A stretch of 64,000 nt of DNA from Acidobacteriota bacterium (GTDB taxonomy: Bacteria > Acidobacteriota > Terriglobia > Terriglobales > SCQP01). The position numbers and the translations under genes are program-made. Positions 26,881 through 35,113 of this stretch are shown here, piece by piece. The first letter of the stretch is position 1; every line of letters begins with the position of its first letter. The DNA lies in NCBI GenBank assembly GCA_004299485.1, contig SCQP01000016.1, positions 213,842 to 277,841 of the forward strand. Direction: 5' to 3'. The notes beneath the pieces were generated by a model, which worked only from the letters and a program-made list of their open reading frames with translations, did no database searches and was not told the origin of the DNA.

Positions 26881-27330
26881 TTAAAACGATTTGCTGATGC
26901 CAATGGTGAAGCGGGCCAGGCCGTGATCGGCGGCACGCGCTTCGGGTACGATCCAGATGTCGTGGCCAATGGGGAAGCGAATGCCGGCGCCGATAATCGC
27001 CGAACCGTGCGTGGCCGAACCCCATTGCGACAGGCCGACGCCACCGAGAATGTACGGGATGAAGGCTTCATTGTCGGGGTGGAACTCATAGCGAAAAGTA
27101 CCATCTAGCGTAAAAAGTCCCGTATGACCGCTGCGGCCGAGCGCGGCGCTGGGCACAAAAGCAATGTGGCTGTTGATGGGAAAAATCAACTCGCCGCCGC
27201 CCACAAATCCGCTGGGCGAGCCTAACAGCGCGCCGCCAAAGATGTTAAAGCGCGTGGGACCTTGCGCCAGAGCCGGCAGAGAAGCGAGCAGCAGGCCCAC
27301 GAGCGCAATCCAACCGCAGTACTTTCGCAT
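26881..27330 (-). CDS. Outer-membrane beta-barrel protein
   Basis: Signal peptide ending 'ALAQG', alternating Gly/aromatic beta-strand pattern, and a C-terminal Phe. Confidence 0.7.
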   Translation of the reverse strand: MRKYCGWIALVGLLLASLPALAQGPTRFNIFGGALLGSPSGFVGGGELIFPINSHIAFVPSAALGRSGHTGLFTLDGTFRYEFHPDNEAFIPYILGGVGLSQWGSATHGSAIIGAGIRFPIGHDIWIVPEARAADHGLARFTIGISKSF

Positions 27331-27377
27331 GGAAAATCCTCCTGCTCTGGAACTTGCAAGTGGAAGGCCAAAGTGGG

Positions 27378-27410
27378 CAGTTATCAGTTGTCAGTCATCA
27401 GTTTTCAGTA
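27378..27410. repeat. Tandem heptamer array (CAGTTNT x about 5), left arm of an inverted pair
   Basis: cagttat cagttgt cagtcat cagtttt cag. Confidence 0.9.
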
Positions 27411-27453
27411 AAGGCTCGTCGAGATGGGCGCACGCTGGGACGGCGGCGGCAGG

Positions 27454-27488
27454 ACTGAGAACTGAAAACTGAGAACTGAAAACTTCAG
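27454..27488. repeat. Tandem heptamer array (ACTGARA x 5), right arm of an inverted pair
   Basis: actgaga actgaaa actgaga actgaaa acttcag. This is the reverse complement of the CAGTTNT family. It overlaps the DUF420 stop codon. Confidence 0.9.
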
Positions 27489-27898
27489 CGGTAGAGCATC
27501 CAGTAGACGGCGACGCCGGTCACCGAGACATACATCCAGATGGGCCAGGTCCAGCGCGCCCACTGACGGTGGCGGCGAAATCGGCCGCGCAGCGCCAGCA
27601 CCAGGGTGATAATCGCCAGAACCGGCACCGCGGAGGCGAGCAGCGAGTGCGTGCTGAGGATGGCGAAATAGGTAAGCCGGAGCCAGCCGACGCCGGTGTA
27701 GTAAACGATGCCGTTGTGAAAATGATCGGCGAGATAAACCGCCAGGAATACGGCCGAGGTGGCAAAGGCGGAAAGCATGAAGGCACGGTGCGCGCGCACG
27801 CGCTTGCGCTTGATGCAAACCAGGCCGCAGACCAGCAGCGCCGCGCTCACCAGGTTGAGGGTGGCGATCCAGACAGGCAATGAACTCCAGCCAAACAT
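27485..27898 (-). CDS. DUF420-family membrane protein (cytochrome-oxidase-associated)
   Basis: 137 aa with 4 TM segments. The pattern 'LNLVSAALLVCGLVCIKRKRVRAHRAFMLSAF' and the position next to ctaB fit DUF420. Confidence 0.6.
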   Translation of the reverse strand: MFGWSSLPVWIATLNLVSAALLVCGLVCIKRKRVRAHRAFMLSAFATSAVFLAVYLADHFHNGIVYYTGVGWLRLTYFAILSTHSLLASAVPVLAIITLVLALRGRFRRHRQWARWTWPIWMYVSVTGVAVYWMLYR

Positions 27899-27907
27899 GA
27901 TGCCCGA

Positions 27908-28864
27908 TCAGGGATGGAAGAGCCGGTCGTAAGCCATGAGGCCGAACAGCAGCGGCAAATAGATCACGCTGGCCCGCAATAGCGACAGATAACTCTTGCG
28001 CGTTTTGGCGCGCACACTCTGAAGGCTGGCATAGAGCAGGCCGCAGCCCAGCACCAGCGCGCCCGCAAAGTAGAGCGGTCCGGTGAGGCCGATCAGGCTG
28101 GGCAGCAGGCTGACGGGAATGAGGGCGAGCGAATAGAGCAGCACCTGGCGCGAGGTCTCGCTGCCATTTTCATCGACCACGGGCAACATGCGGATGCCGG
28201 CGCGTTCGTACTGCTCTTTGTAGAGCCAGGCAATGGCGAGGAAGTGCGGAAACTGCCACAAGAATTGAATGCCGAACAGAATCCAGGCGGCGGTGTCGAG
28301 GCCACCCCGCGCCGCAGCCCAGCCCATCAGGATGGGTCCGGCGCCGGGCAGCGCGCCAATGAGCGTGCTGATGGGGGAACGGAACTTCAGCGGCGTGTAC
28401 GCCAGCAGGTAGACGGCGCTGGTCGCCAGCCCCCAATAGGCGCAGGGCCCATTGATACCCCAGGCGAGCAGTGCTGTACCGGCGGCGATGGTCACGCCGC
28501 CAAAGAGAGCGGCCGGCGGCGGCTGAATTTTTCCCGCCGGCAGCGGGCGCGCCATGGTGCGGGACATGAGGGCGTCGGTACGCCGCTCCCAAAGCTGATT
28601 GAGCGCCGCGGTGCCGCCGGCCAGGAGGGCGGTGCCCACAGCGAGTTTGAGCAATAGCGCCCAACCCAGCGCCGTGTCGGCGCCGACGTAGCAGGCGGCG
28701 ACGGCGGTCAGCACGACCAGGAGGGTGACGCGCGGCTTGGTCAGCGCCAGACAGCTTCCGGCCCACTCGCCCAGCGTATGCGCGGGAGCCGCGGGCGGAA
28801 GCGTCCGTGGCCTGACGGGTCTTGCTGTCAGCGAGGGCGCAGAAGTGTGCTGCAATTCGGGCAA
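27908..28864 (-). CDS. ctaB: Protoheme IX farnesyltransferase (heme O synthase)
   Basis: UbiA-family polytopic protein. 'LTKPRVTLLVVLTA', 'ALNQLWERRTDALMSRTMARPLPAG', 'FLWQFPHFLAIAW'. Confidence 0.85.
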   Translation of the reverse strand: MPELQHTSAPSLTARPVRPRTLPPAAPAHTLGEWAGSCLALTKPRVTLLVVLTAVAACYVGADTALGWALLLKLAVGTALLAGGTAALNQLWERRTDALMSRTMARPLPAGKIQPPPAALFGGVTIAAGTALLAWGINGPCAYWGLATSAVYLLAYTPLKFRSPISTLIGALPGAGPILMGWAAARGGLDTAAWILFGIQFLWQFPHFLAIAWLYKEQYERAGIRMLPVVDENGSETSRQVLLYSLALIPVSLLPSLIGLTGPLYFAGALVLGCGLLYASLQSVRAKTRKSYLSLLRASVIYLPLLFGLMAYDRLFHP

Positions 28865-28868
28865 GTTC

Positions 28869-29057
28869 CTATTTTGGCAGAGTACGCCAGAGCAGCGCGA
28901 CCAAAATGGCGACCGGCACTACGGTCCAGATCCATTCGTTGATGAGCCGCCCGCGGCTGGGCATAGGATTGGCTCGCAAATGCCGCAGCCGCCAGAGCAC
29001 CAGCGCCAACACGGCGGCGGTGCAGGCGATCAAAACGATGACATAAATCGTATGCAT
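28869..29057 (-). CDS. Small two-TM membrane protein (hypothetical)
   Basis: 62 aa from the ATG at 29057 ('MHTIYVIVLIACTAAVLALVLW...WIWTVVPVAILVALLW'). It is the tail of a longer, otherwise implausible track ORF. Confidence 0.35.
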   Translation of the reverse strand: MHTIYVIVLIACTAAVLALVLWRLRHLRANPMPSRGRLINEWIWTVVPVAILVALLWRTLPK

Positions 29058-29062
29058 GGCGG

Positions 29063-29497
29063 CTAGAAGGGCCGGATCAGCACCATGATCAGGATCAGGA
29101 AAAATACCAGGGCAATGGAGCCGTGGAAGATGCCCAATTGCCTGGGCGCCAGGTCCTGCTCGGGCATGCGGCGCAGGCGGACCGTCAGCAGGATGTCCAA
29201 GATAATCAGGATCACGACCAGCAGCAGTTTGGCGTGCAGCCAGGGCGCCATGCGAATGCCGGGCAGGAGGTAAAACAAAATCAGCCCCGCCAGGATGGTG
29301 ATGGCAGCGCCGGGATGCGCGATGGCGCGCATGGCCTTTTGCGCCAGCTCCGCCCGCTGCTGGCGCAGCGGCAGCGCATCGCCGCTGCGGCCGCTGCGCG
29401 CCACCGAGAGAGCGTAAAACAAGCCACCGATCCAAAGCACGATACCGGCGATGTGAAACAGCAACACCCAGCTCAGCAGGTTCGTCCAGGGATTCAT
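29063..29497 (-). CDS. HemJ-like membrane protein (putative protoporphyrinogen IX oxidase family, UPF0093)
   Basis: 144 aa with 4 TM segments. 'LLFHIAGIVLWIGGLF' and 'WLHAKLLLVVILIILD' resemble HemJ. Lies in a heme-related neighbourhood. Confidence 0.5.
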   Translation of the reverse strand: MNPWTNLLSWVLLFHIAGIVLWIGGLFYALSVARSGRSGDALPLRQQRAELAQKAMRAIAHPGAAITILAGLILFYLLPGIRMAPWLHAKLLLVVILIILDILLTVRLRRMPEQDLAPRQLGIFHGSIALVFFLILIMVLIRPF

Positions 29498-29934
29498 GAT
29501 TGCGGCACCGCTTCTGGGCGCACAAAGCGTCCGTGGGCTTTCAGCAGGCAGGCGTCGGACACAACTTGCATGCCGGCTTGGTGCGCCCGCGCTTCGGCGC
29601 CGGCATGGGATACACCTTCCTGCAGCCAGAGCAGCCGCGCGCCCAGACCGATCGCCTGCTCCACGATATCCGGCACAAACTGGCTGCGGCGAAAGACGTC
29701 GACGATATCTACCGGCCGCAGGGTGTCCGGAATCGCATCCAGCGAGGGGAAGGCCGTTTCTCCCAGCACCGTGCGCTCGCCCGGGTTTACCGGAATAATG
29801 CGGTAGCCTTGGGACTGCAAATATCGAGCCACCCCATAGCTGGGCCGCGCGGGATTGCTCGAAAGGCCGACGACAGCGATGGTGTGCGCGGTACGGATGG
29901 TTTCCAGGATTTCTGGCTTCAGTTTCATGAGCAA
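29494..29934 (-). CDS. CoA-binding domain protein (YccU/YneT-like)
   Basis: 'IAVVGLSSNPARPSYGVARYLQSQGYRIIPVNP' and 'VDIVDVFR'. The track start is TTG at 29934; the ATG at 29928 is more likely. Confidence 0.75.
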   Translation of the reverse strand: MLMKLKPEILETIRTAHTIAVVGLSSNPARPSYGVARYLQSQGYRIIPVNPGERTVLGETAFPSLDAIPDTLRPVDIVDVFRRSQFVPDIVEQAIGLGARLLWLQEGVSHAGAEARAHQAGMQVVSDACLLKAHGRFVRPEAVPQS

Positions 29935-29952
29935 ATCGGTAGCGATTGGCGA

Positions 29953-30885
29953 TTAGCTATGTGGCTCGCCACTTTTTGCTTTGGTCGCTCCCGTTGGTCG
30001 CTTGGAGTGCGGGCTTCGATTCCCGGCAGGATCCGCCCGCTGGCGCTCGGGGCTCCTCCAAGCTGCCGCCAAGGGCGGCGCGCCCGCCTTACCTCGCGCC
30101 CTTGGTTGGCGTGGGGTTGCTTTTTGCAGGCCGAACATTTCGGCTTCGGTCAGGGGACGCATCTTTCCTGATTGTAGCTGGCCAATGGTCAATTTGCCGA
30201 TGGCCACGCGTTTCAGCTTTTCCACCGGGTGACCGACGAGCTGGAACATTTTGCGGATTTGATGATAGCGGCCTTCGACCAGCACCACCTCGAGCCAGGG
30301 ATTTTCGCGCGAGGTGCGGTAAACGCCTGCCTGCTGGCGGGCGCGGCCGCTGGCGCCGGCGTCGCGCAGCCAGCGGATTTGCGCCGGCGCGGTGCGCCGG
30401 CCATCGATCGTGACGCCGCGCCGGAGCCGTTCGAGATGTTCTTCGCTGGGCCGGCCGCTGACTTTCACCCAGTAGGTCTTGGGCAGCGCCGTGCTGGCTT
30501 TCAGTACATGGTTGGCGAGCTCGCCGTCGTTGGTAAGCAGGATCAGGCCCTCGGAGTGAAAATCCAGCCGCCCGACGGGATAGAGACGCTCCTTGATGCC
30601 CCGCAGCAGGCGAGTGTAATCGCTGATGCTGGGGCGGCCCTCTGGATCCCTGAGGGTGCTGACCACACCTTTGGGCTTGTAAAACAGCAGGTAGCGCAGG
30701 TTCCGTTCGCGCTGGAGCGGCTTGCCGGCTACGGCAATCCGGTCCGTGTCCCAGTCGGCTTTGCTGCCCAGCTCGGTCACAATGCGGCCGTTGACGCTCA
30801 CCTGGCCGGTGGTGATCAGTGTTTCCGCTTGCCGGCGGGAGGCATACCCCGCCTGGGCGATGAGCTTTTGCAGCCGGCTTTTCAT
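29953..30885 (-). CDS. rluB: 23S rRNA pseudouridine synthase (RluB/RsuA family) with repeat-derived C-terminal tail
   Basis: S4 domain 'MKSRLQKLIAQAGYASRRQAETLI' and catalytic 'GRLDFHSEGLILLTNDG'. ATG at 30885 chosen; the track ORF begins at 31155. The last ~39 aa are 'LAAAWRSPERQRADPAGNRSPHSKRPTGATKAKSGEPHS'. Confidence 0.85.
   Translation of the reverse strand: MKSRLQKLIAQAGYASRRQAETLITTGQVSVNGRIVTELGSKADWDTDRIAVAGKPLQRERNLRYLLFYKPKGVVSTLRDPEGRPSISDYTRLLRGIKERLYPVGRLDFHSEGLILLTNDGELANHVLKASTALPKTYWVKVSGRPSEEHLERLRRGVTIDGRRTAPAQIRWLRDAGASGRARQQAGVYRTSRENPWLEVVLVEGRYHQIRKMFQLVGHPVEKLKRVAIGKLTIGQLQSGKMRPLTEAEMFGLQKATPRQPRARGKAGAPPLAAAWRSPERQRADPAGNRSPHSKRPTGATKAKSGEPHS
29961..30071 (+). repeat. 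111-bp interspersed repeat, copy 2
   Basis: Same element as 8955-9065. Read on the minus strand, it supplies the last ~37 codons of the rluB ORF. Confidence 0.95.
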
Positions 30886-31024
30886 TGATCGCGGGCACCC
30901 AGCCGTGCTTCGCCCGGCGGCCCGTTCTCCGCGTCTGCGGGGGAGCGGCGGCGGGGGCCCCCGTGCCCCACCGCCGCCCGCATAACTGTCAGGAGCTTTG
31001 CCAGTGCCATGCCCATCTAGGGTA

Positions 31025-31513
31025 TCAGGGCAGCGAGGCGAGTTGGGTGGCGTTGGGCGACGCGGTGACGCCGAGGGGGCCTTTGCGGGCAAGAATGTCG
31101 ATACGAACCGGCGCCAGGCCCTGACCGCTGAAATGCAGCGCCCGGGCGGCGCCATAGCTCAGGTCAATAATGCGGGAGTCAGGCACCGGACCGCGGTCGT
31201 TGATCCGCAAAATGACGGCCAGATTGTTTGCGAGGTTGGTGACGCGGACGCGCGTGCCCAACGGCAGGGTGCGGTGGGCGGCGGTCATGGCCCACATATT
31301 GAACGGATGGCCGCTGGTGGTCTCTTTTCCCTGGAAAAATGAGCCATACCAGCTCGCGATACCCACCTGGTAGGGGAGCTTGACCGGAGGAATGGGGGCG
31401 GCAGGACTAAAGTCCTCAGGCTGGCCTGCCGATGATGCGTTAGGAACCCGCACGGCCAAAGGCGCGCTGAGGAGCGACATGGTCAAAAGGAGGAAGGCAA
31501 AGATTCGTCTCAT
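31025..31513 (-). CDS. rlpA: Septal ring lytic transglycosylase RlpA family protein (DPBB domain)
   Basis: Signal peptide, then 'GIASWYGSFFQGKETTSGHPFN...TAAHRTLPLGTRVRVTNLANN...VILRINDRGP'. Confidence 0.85.
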   Translation of the reverse strand: MRRIFAFLLLTMSLLSAPLAVRVPNASSAGQPEDFSPAAPIPPVKLPYQVGIASWYGSFFQGKETTSGHPFNMWAMTAAHRTLPLGTRVRVTNLANNLAVILRINDRGPVPDSRIIDLSYGAARALHFSGQGLAPVRIDILARKGPLGVTASPNATQLASLP

Positions 31514-31643
31514 GAGCAGCTAGGGAACAAATGGTGCTGTTCGGGTACGGCTGTGGCGTTAAACTCCTTTGCTTGGGGATGCTTCCTCGAGGGTGCCGGA
31601 TGGCTCTCGTAGTGGAAGTAAGATGCCCTAATTATAGCTTAGG

Positions 31644-33221
31644 TTGCCTCGAAAGTCCACAATGCCGAGCCGAACTGTCCGTCTGACCCGAATCGCCCTG
31701 ATTGCCTTACTTTTGCCCGCGGTGGCAGCGGCGGCGGGCGTGCCGCCGAAGACCGATCCTCCCTTGACGCCGGTCGAGAAGGTGTTGCAGCGACGGCTGG
31801 GGCAGATACTGCGCGGGCCTGGATTTCAGCACGGCTTCTGGGGCGTGTACGTTTACGACGCCAGCCGGCGGCGGGTGCTGTTCGACCATAACGGCGAGCG
31901 CTGGTTTACGCCGGCGTCGAACGCCAAGCTGTTCACGCTGGCGACTGCGCTCAGCCTGCTGGGCAGCAACTTCCGGTTTCACACAGTGGTGCAATCGACC
32001 GCCGCGCCGGATGCCCAGGGGGTGATTGCCGGCAACGTGGTTCTAGTGGGCGCCGGCGACCCGAGTTTGTCGGGGCGGTCCTACCCCTACGAGGTGCCGC
32101 CGCCGGAGCCTGCGCTGCCGTACGATCCGAGTGCCATCCCCTTGCTGCTGGCGCGGTCGCTGGCCGGGCGTGGCGTGACGCAGATCAAAGGCAACATCGT
32201 CGGGGACGACAGCTATTTCACCGATGATCCCTATCCCGTCGGTTGGGCCATCGACGACATGCTCTGGGATTACGGCGCCCCGGTGTCGGCGCTGACGCTG
32301 AACGACAACACCCGCTTCCTGCAGATTTACCCTGGACCGCGGCCGGGCGCGTTGCCGCGGCTGGTCTGGACGCCGGCACTGAATCCGCCCGCTACGGAAA
32401 ATCTGATCCGCACCGGCGCAGCCGGCAGCGCCACGCGCGTGGACCTCAATCTGGACCCGGCCACAGGCGCGCTGCGGCTGACCGGCATGATGGCACTGGA
32501 TAACCCTGGGGTGCTGGAAGCTCTGGCGGTGCGCCATCCGGCGCTGTACGCTGGGCAACTGCTCAAGCAGGCACTAGAGGCGCAGGGGATCAAAGTCGAG
32601 GGCAAAGTCATTGCCTGCCATAGCAACTGCCTGTCCGGCCCACCCTACCAGCTCACCGCATGGCAATCGCCGCCGCTGGCCGAAATCGAACAGGTCACGG
32701 CCAAGGTCAGCCAGAATCTGGAAGCGGAGCTGCTCTTGCGCGTGCTGGGAAAACTGCTGGGCAATAGCGCCTCGCCAGCCCATGATCCCAGCCCGGATGC
32801 GGAGACGCGCGCGGGCGAGGCGGTCGTCCATGGCTTCTTGTATCAGGCGGGGTTGAATGCCACCGACACGGCGCTGATCGATGGCTCCGGTCTGGCGCGC
32901 AGCGATCTGGTCACACCCGCGGGCATCGTGCGCCTGCTGCTCTATATGGACCGGGGCCAAGAGGCGAAAGCGTGGCACGCCCTGTTACCTGTGGCCGGTG
33001 AGGACGGCACCCTGCAGCACCGCTTTCTGCACGAAGCGGCCACGGGGCGGCTCGACGCCAAAACCGGCTCGCTGAGCCACGTCAACTCGCTCAGCGGCTA
33101 CGTGCAGGCGCGCGAGGGCGACACGCTGGTATTTTCGATCCTAAGCAACAACGTCAACCGGCCGAATGCTGCCGTGCGCAAGCAGATCGACCAGATCGCC
33201 AACCTGCTCGCCGCGTGGTAG
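31644..33221 (+). CDS. dacB: D-alanyl-D-alanine carboxypeptidase/endopeptidase (PBP4, peptidase S13)
   Basis: 'FTPASNAKLFT' (SxxK), 'DGSGL', 'KTGSL'. The track start is TTG; the ATG at 31662 is a likely alternative. Confidence 0.85.
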   Translation: MPRKSTMPSRTVRLTRIALIALLLPAVAAAAGVPPKTDPPLTPVEKVLQRRLGQILRGPGFQHGFWGVYVYDASRRRVLFDHNGERWFTPASNAKLFTLATALSLLGSNFRFHTVVQSTAAPDAQGVIAGNVVLVGAGDPSLSGRSYPYEVPPPEPALPYDPSAIPLLLARSLAGRGVTQIKGNIVGDDSYFTDDPYPVGWAIDDMLWDYGAPVSALTLNDNTRFLQIYPGPRPGALPRLVWTPALNPPATENLIRTGAAGSATRVDLNLDPATGALRLTGMMALDNPGVLEALAVRHPALYAGQLLKQALEAQGIKVEGKVIACHSNCLSGPPYQLTAWQSPPLAEIEQVTAKVSQNLEAELLLRVLGKLLGNSASPAHDPSPDAETRAGEAVVHGFLYQAGLNATDTALIDGSGLARSDLVTPAGIVRLLLYMDRGQEAKAWHALLPVAGEDGTLQHRFLHEAATGRLDAKTGSLSHVNSLSGYVQAREGDTLVFSILSNNVNRPNAAVRKQIDQIANLLAAW

Positions 33222-33243
33222 CGAAGCCGGGCGGCGGCTCGCA

Positions 33244-34674
33244 TCAATTGCCGAAGACCGCGCCATGCGGGATGGCGCTGCCGGTCCAGCCGTTCGGCCA
33301 GCGGCGGGTGAGGTTGAGCTTGTAAGGCAGCAGACGGAGTTGGCCGGTGCTGCGGTTGATGGCGGCAAACAAAACTTCGGTTTCCATGGCGCCATACCCC
33401 GTAATCACCAGGCGATCGCCTCCAGGTTCGGCGGCAATCCAGTGCGGGTCATTGCTTGGCGGCAGCAGGATGCGGCTGACCTCATGCGGGTGTTCGGGGT
33501 CGTGCATATCGATGCTGAGGATGGCGTGGCCGCTTTGGGTATTCCAGATGAGGTATTGTCCCTCAACGACGGGAACTTCGCAAAAGCGGTAGCCGGGGTC
33601 GTAGATAGCGCGCAGCGTGGGATTATTGCCGGCGAGGCCGTCGACCCGGTACAGGCCGCAGTAGAAGTCGGGTACGACGACGGTGCGGCCATCGGCAAGC
33701 ACGCGCGGCTCGGAAGAATCGGCAACGTCGGGGAGCGTGCGCGGATCCGAGCCGGGCAGAACCATGGTCTTGAGCAGTGTGAGATCGGAGAGACGCCAGA
33801 CCTGCGCAACGCGGCTGGGCTGCGCGCCCATCATGTCGGCGCTGCTGGAGACGACGCGGTCGAGCGCGGGCACGACGGCCAGGCTATAGGGGCGAATATT
33901 CGGGTAGCCGGCGACCGCAGCGGAGACGGAGCGGACGACATGCCCGTCGGGCGCGAACTCGACCAGCCCGCCGGTGGCGTGATTGAAGCCGCCGGAGTAT
34001 TGAAACGTCGCCAGGGTGTTGCCGTTCGGCAAATAGATGAACGAGTGCGGGTAGCTGAAGTTGCCCACACTGCCAAACTGCCGCAGCAGGCGCGGGTGCA
34101 GGGGGTTGTGAAGATTGAAAACGTAGGTCTGGTTGCCGAGCCAGTCGTTGGCGTACAAATGACCATCCGGCGGCAGAGCGTAGCTGGTGTGGTGGGCCAT
34201 GCTCGCCTGGCCCACGGGCAGCATGGCGACGAGCTTGCCGAAGGGCTTGGCGCCGGGCGCGACGTTGAACACGGCCAGAAAATCGCGGCCCAGGCCTTGC
34301 GGCGAGCGGACGCCGGGTTTCATCTCCATAGCGGCATGCGGATGCCGTGACTCCATGGCCCAAACAAAAAGATGTGGCTCGCCACTTTTTGCTTTGGTCG
34401 CTCCCGATGGTCGCTTGGGGTGCGGACTTCGATTCCCGGCAGGGTCCGCCCGCTGGCGCTCGGGGCTCCTCCAAGCTGCCGCCAAATGACTTTGACTGGC
34501 ACGGGGCCTGGCGTGGCTGCGCCACGCCACCCGCTTGACGCTCGGCCGGGCCGAGGGCCCCGGGAGCCCCGGCCCGGCCTTCGCGTTAGGCTGCGGCGGG
34601 CGGGTTGCGGCCAGCAGCAGCGGCAGCGCGGCGGCGAGCGCGGCCAACAGGCAAGCGAGGGGGAGGCGCTTCAT
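33244..34674 (-). CDS. Selenium-binding-protein-like beta-propeller protein (SBP56/methanethiol-oxidase-like); N-terminal region contains repeat copy 3
   Basis: 'LFVWA...DFLAVFNVAPGAKPFGKLVAMLPVGQASMAHHTSY' resembles the SBP56-family N-terminus. 'MKRLPLACLLAALAAALPLLLAA' looks like a signal peptide. The true start is uncertain; internal Mets lie at about 34356 and 34329. Confidence 0.6.
   Translation of the reverse strand: MKRLPLACLLAALAAALPLLLAATRPPQPNAKAGPGLPGPSARPSVKRVAWRSHARPRASQSHLAAAWRSPERQRADPAGNRSPHPKRPSGATKAKSGEPHLFVWAMESRHPHAAMEMKPGVRSPQGLGRDFLAVFNVAPGAKPFGKLVAMLPVGQASMAHHTSYALPPDGHLYANDWLGNQTYVFNLHNPLHPRLLRQFGSVGNFSYPHSFIYLPNGNTLATFQYSGGFNHATGGLVEFAPDGHVVRSVSAAVAGYPNIRPYSLAVVPALDRVVSSSADMMGAQPSRVAQVWRLSDLTLLKTMVLPGSDPRTLPDVADSSEPRVLADGRTVVVPDFYCGLYRVDGLAGNNPTLRAIYDPGYRFCEVPVVEGQYLIWNTQSGHAILSIDMHDPEHPHEVSRILLPPSNDPHWIAAEPGGDRLVITGYGAMETEVLFAAINRSTGQLRLLPYKLNLTRRWPNGWTGSAIPHGAVFGN
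34374..34484 (+). repeat. 111-bp interspersed repeat, copy 3
   Basis: Same element. It lies in frame inside ORF 33244-34674, between the signal-like N-terminus and the conserved 'LFVWA' block. Confidence 0.95.
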
Positions 34675-34869
34675 GGGGTACAGTATGCACTGGGTTGCAC
34701 CCGGAGGTGGCGCTGGGCCTTTTGCGCCAACGGCGCAGGGTGACCCTAGTGGAAAAACCTCTACTGGGGGGCGGGAGTTCCATGCTATCCTGTGCGGCGT
34801 GTTCGGAGTGGCTGCGGGAGAGACAGCATCCAGTCCCAGCGCGTATTCTTTATCTCCGAGAGGTAGTCA

Positions 34870-35073
34870 GTGAAAGAGCAGGGAACTGTCAAGTGGTTCA
34901 ACAATGCCAAGGGCTATGGCTTCATCACCCGCATGAGCGGTGAGGATGTCTTTGTGCATTACACAGCGATTCAGGGCGAAGGGTATCGTTCCCTGGCCGA
35001 GGGCCAGGCGGTGGAGTTCGAGGTCAAGCAGGGCCCCAAGGGTCTGCTGGCCGAAGATGTGACGGTACTGTAG
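34870..35073 (+). CDS. cspA: Cold-shock protein (CspA family)
   Basis: '[15 protein letters not shown]' and 'VFVHYTAI' RNP motifs. 67 aa, GTG start, with a ~190-nt upstream non-coding leader. Confidence 0.9.
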   Translation: MKEQGTVKWFNNAKGYGFITRMSGEDVFVHYTAIQGEGYRSLAEGQAVEFEVKQGPKGLLAEDVTVL

Positions 35074-35113
35074 AGCTCCCGACCGACAACTCAATCCGAC
35101 CCCGGGCCTAGGG

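Noticed and set aside
28869-29525. 218-aa ORF spanning the ctaB-hemJ interval.
   Set aside because: Most of it overlaps the better-supported HemJ-like gene in another frame and is Arg/Ala/Pro-rich. Only its last 62 codons, a two-TM peptide, were retained, at low confidence.
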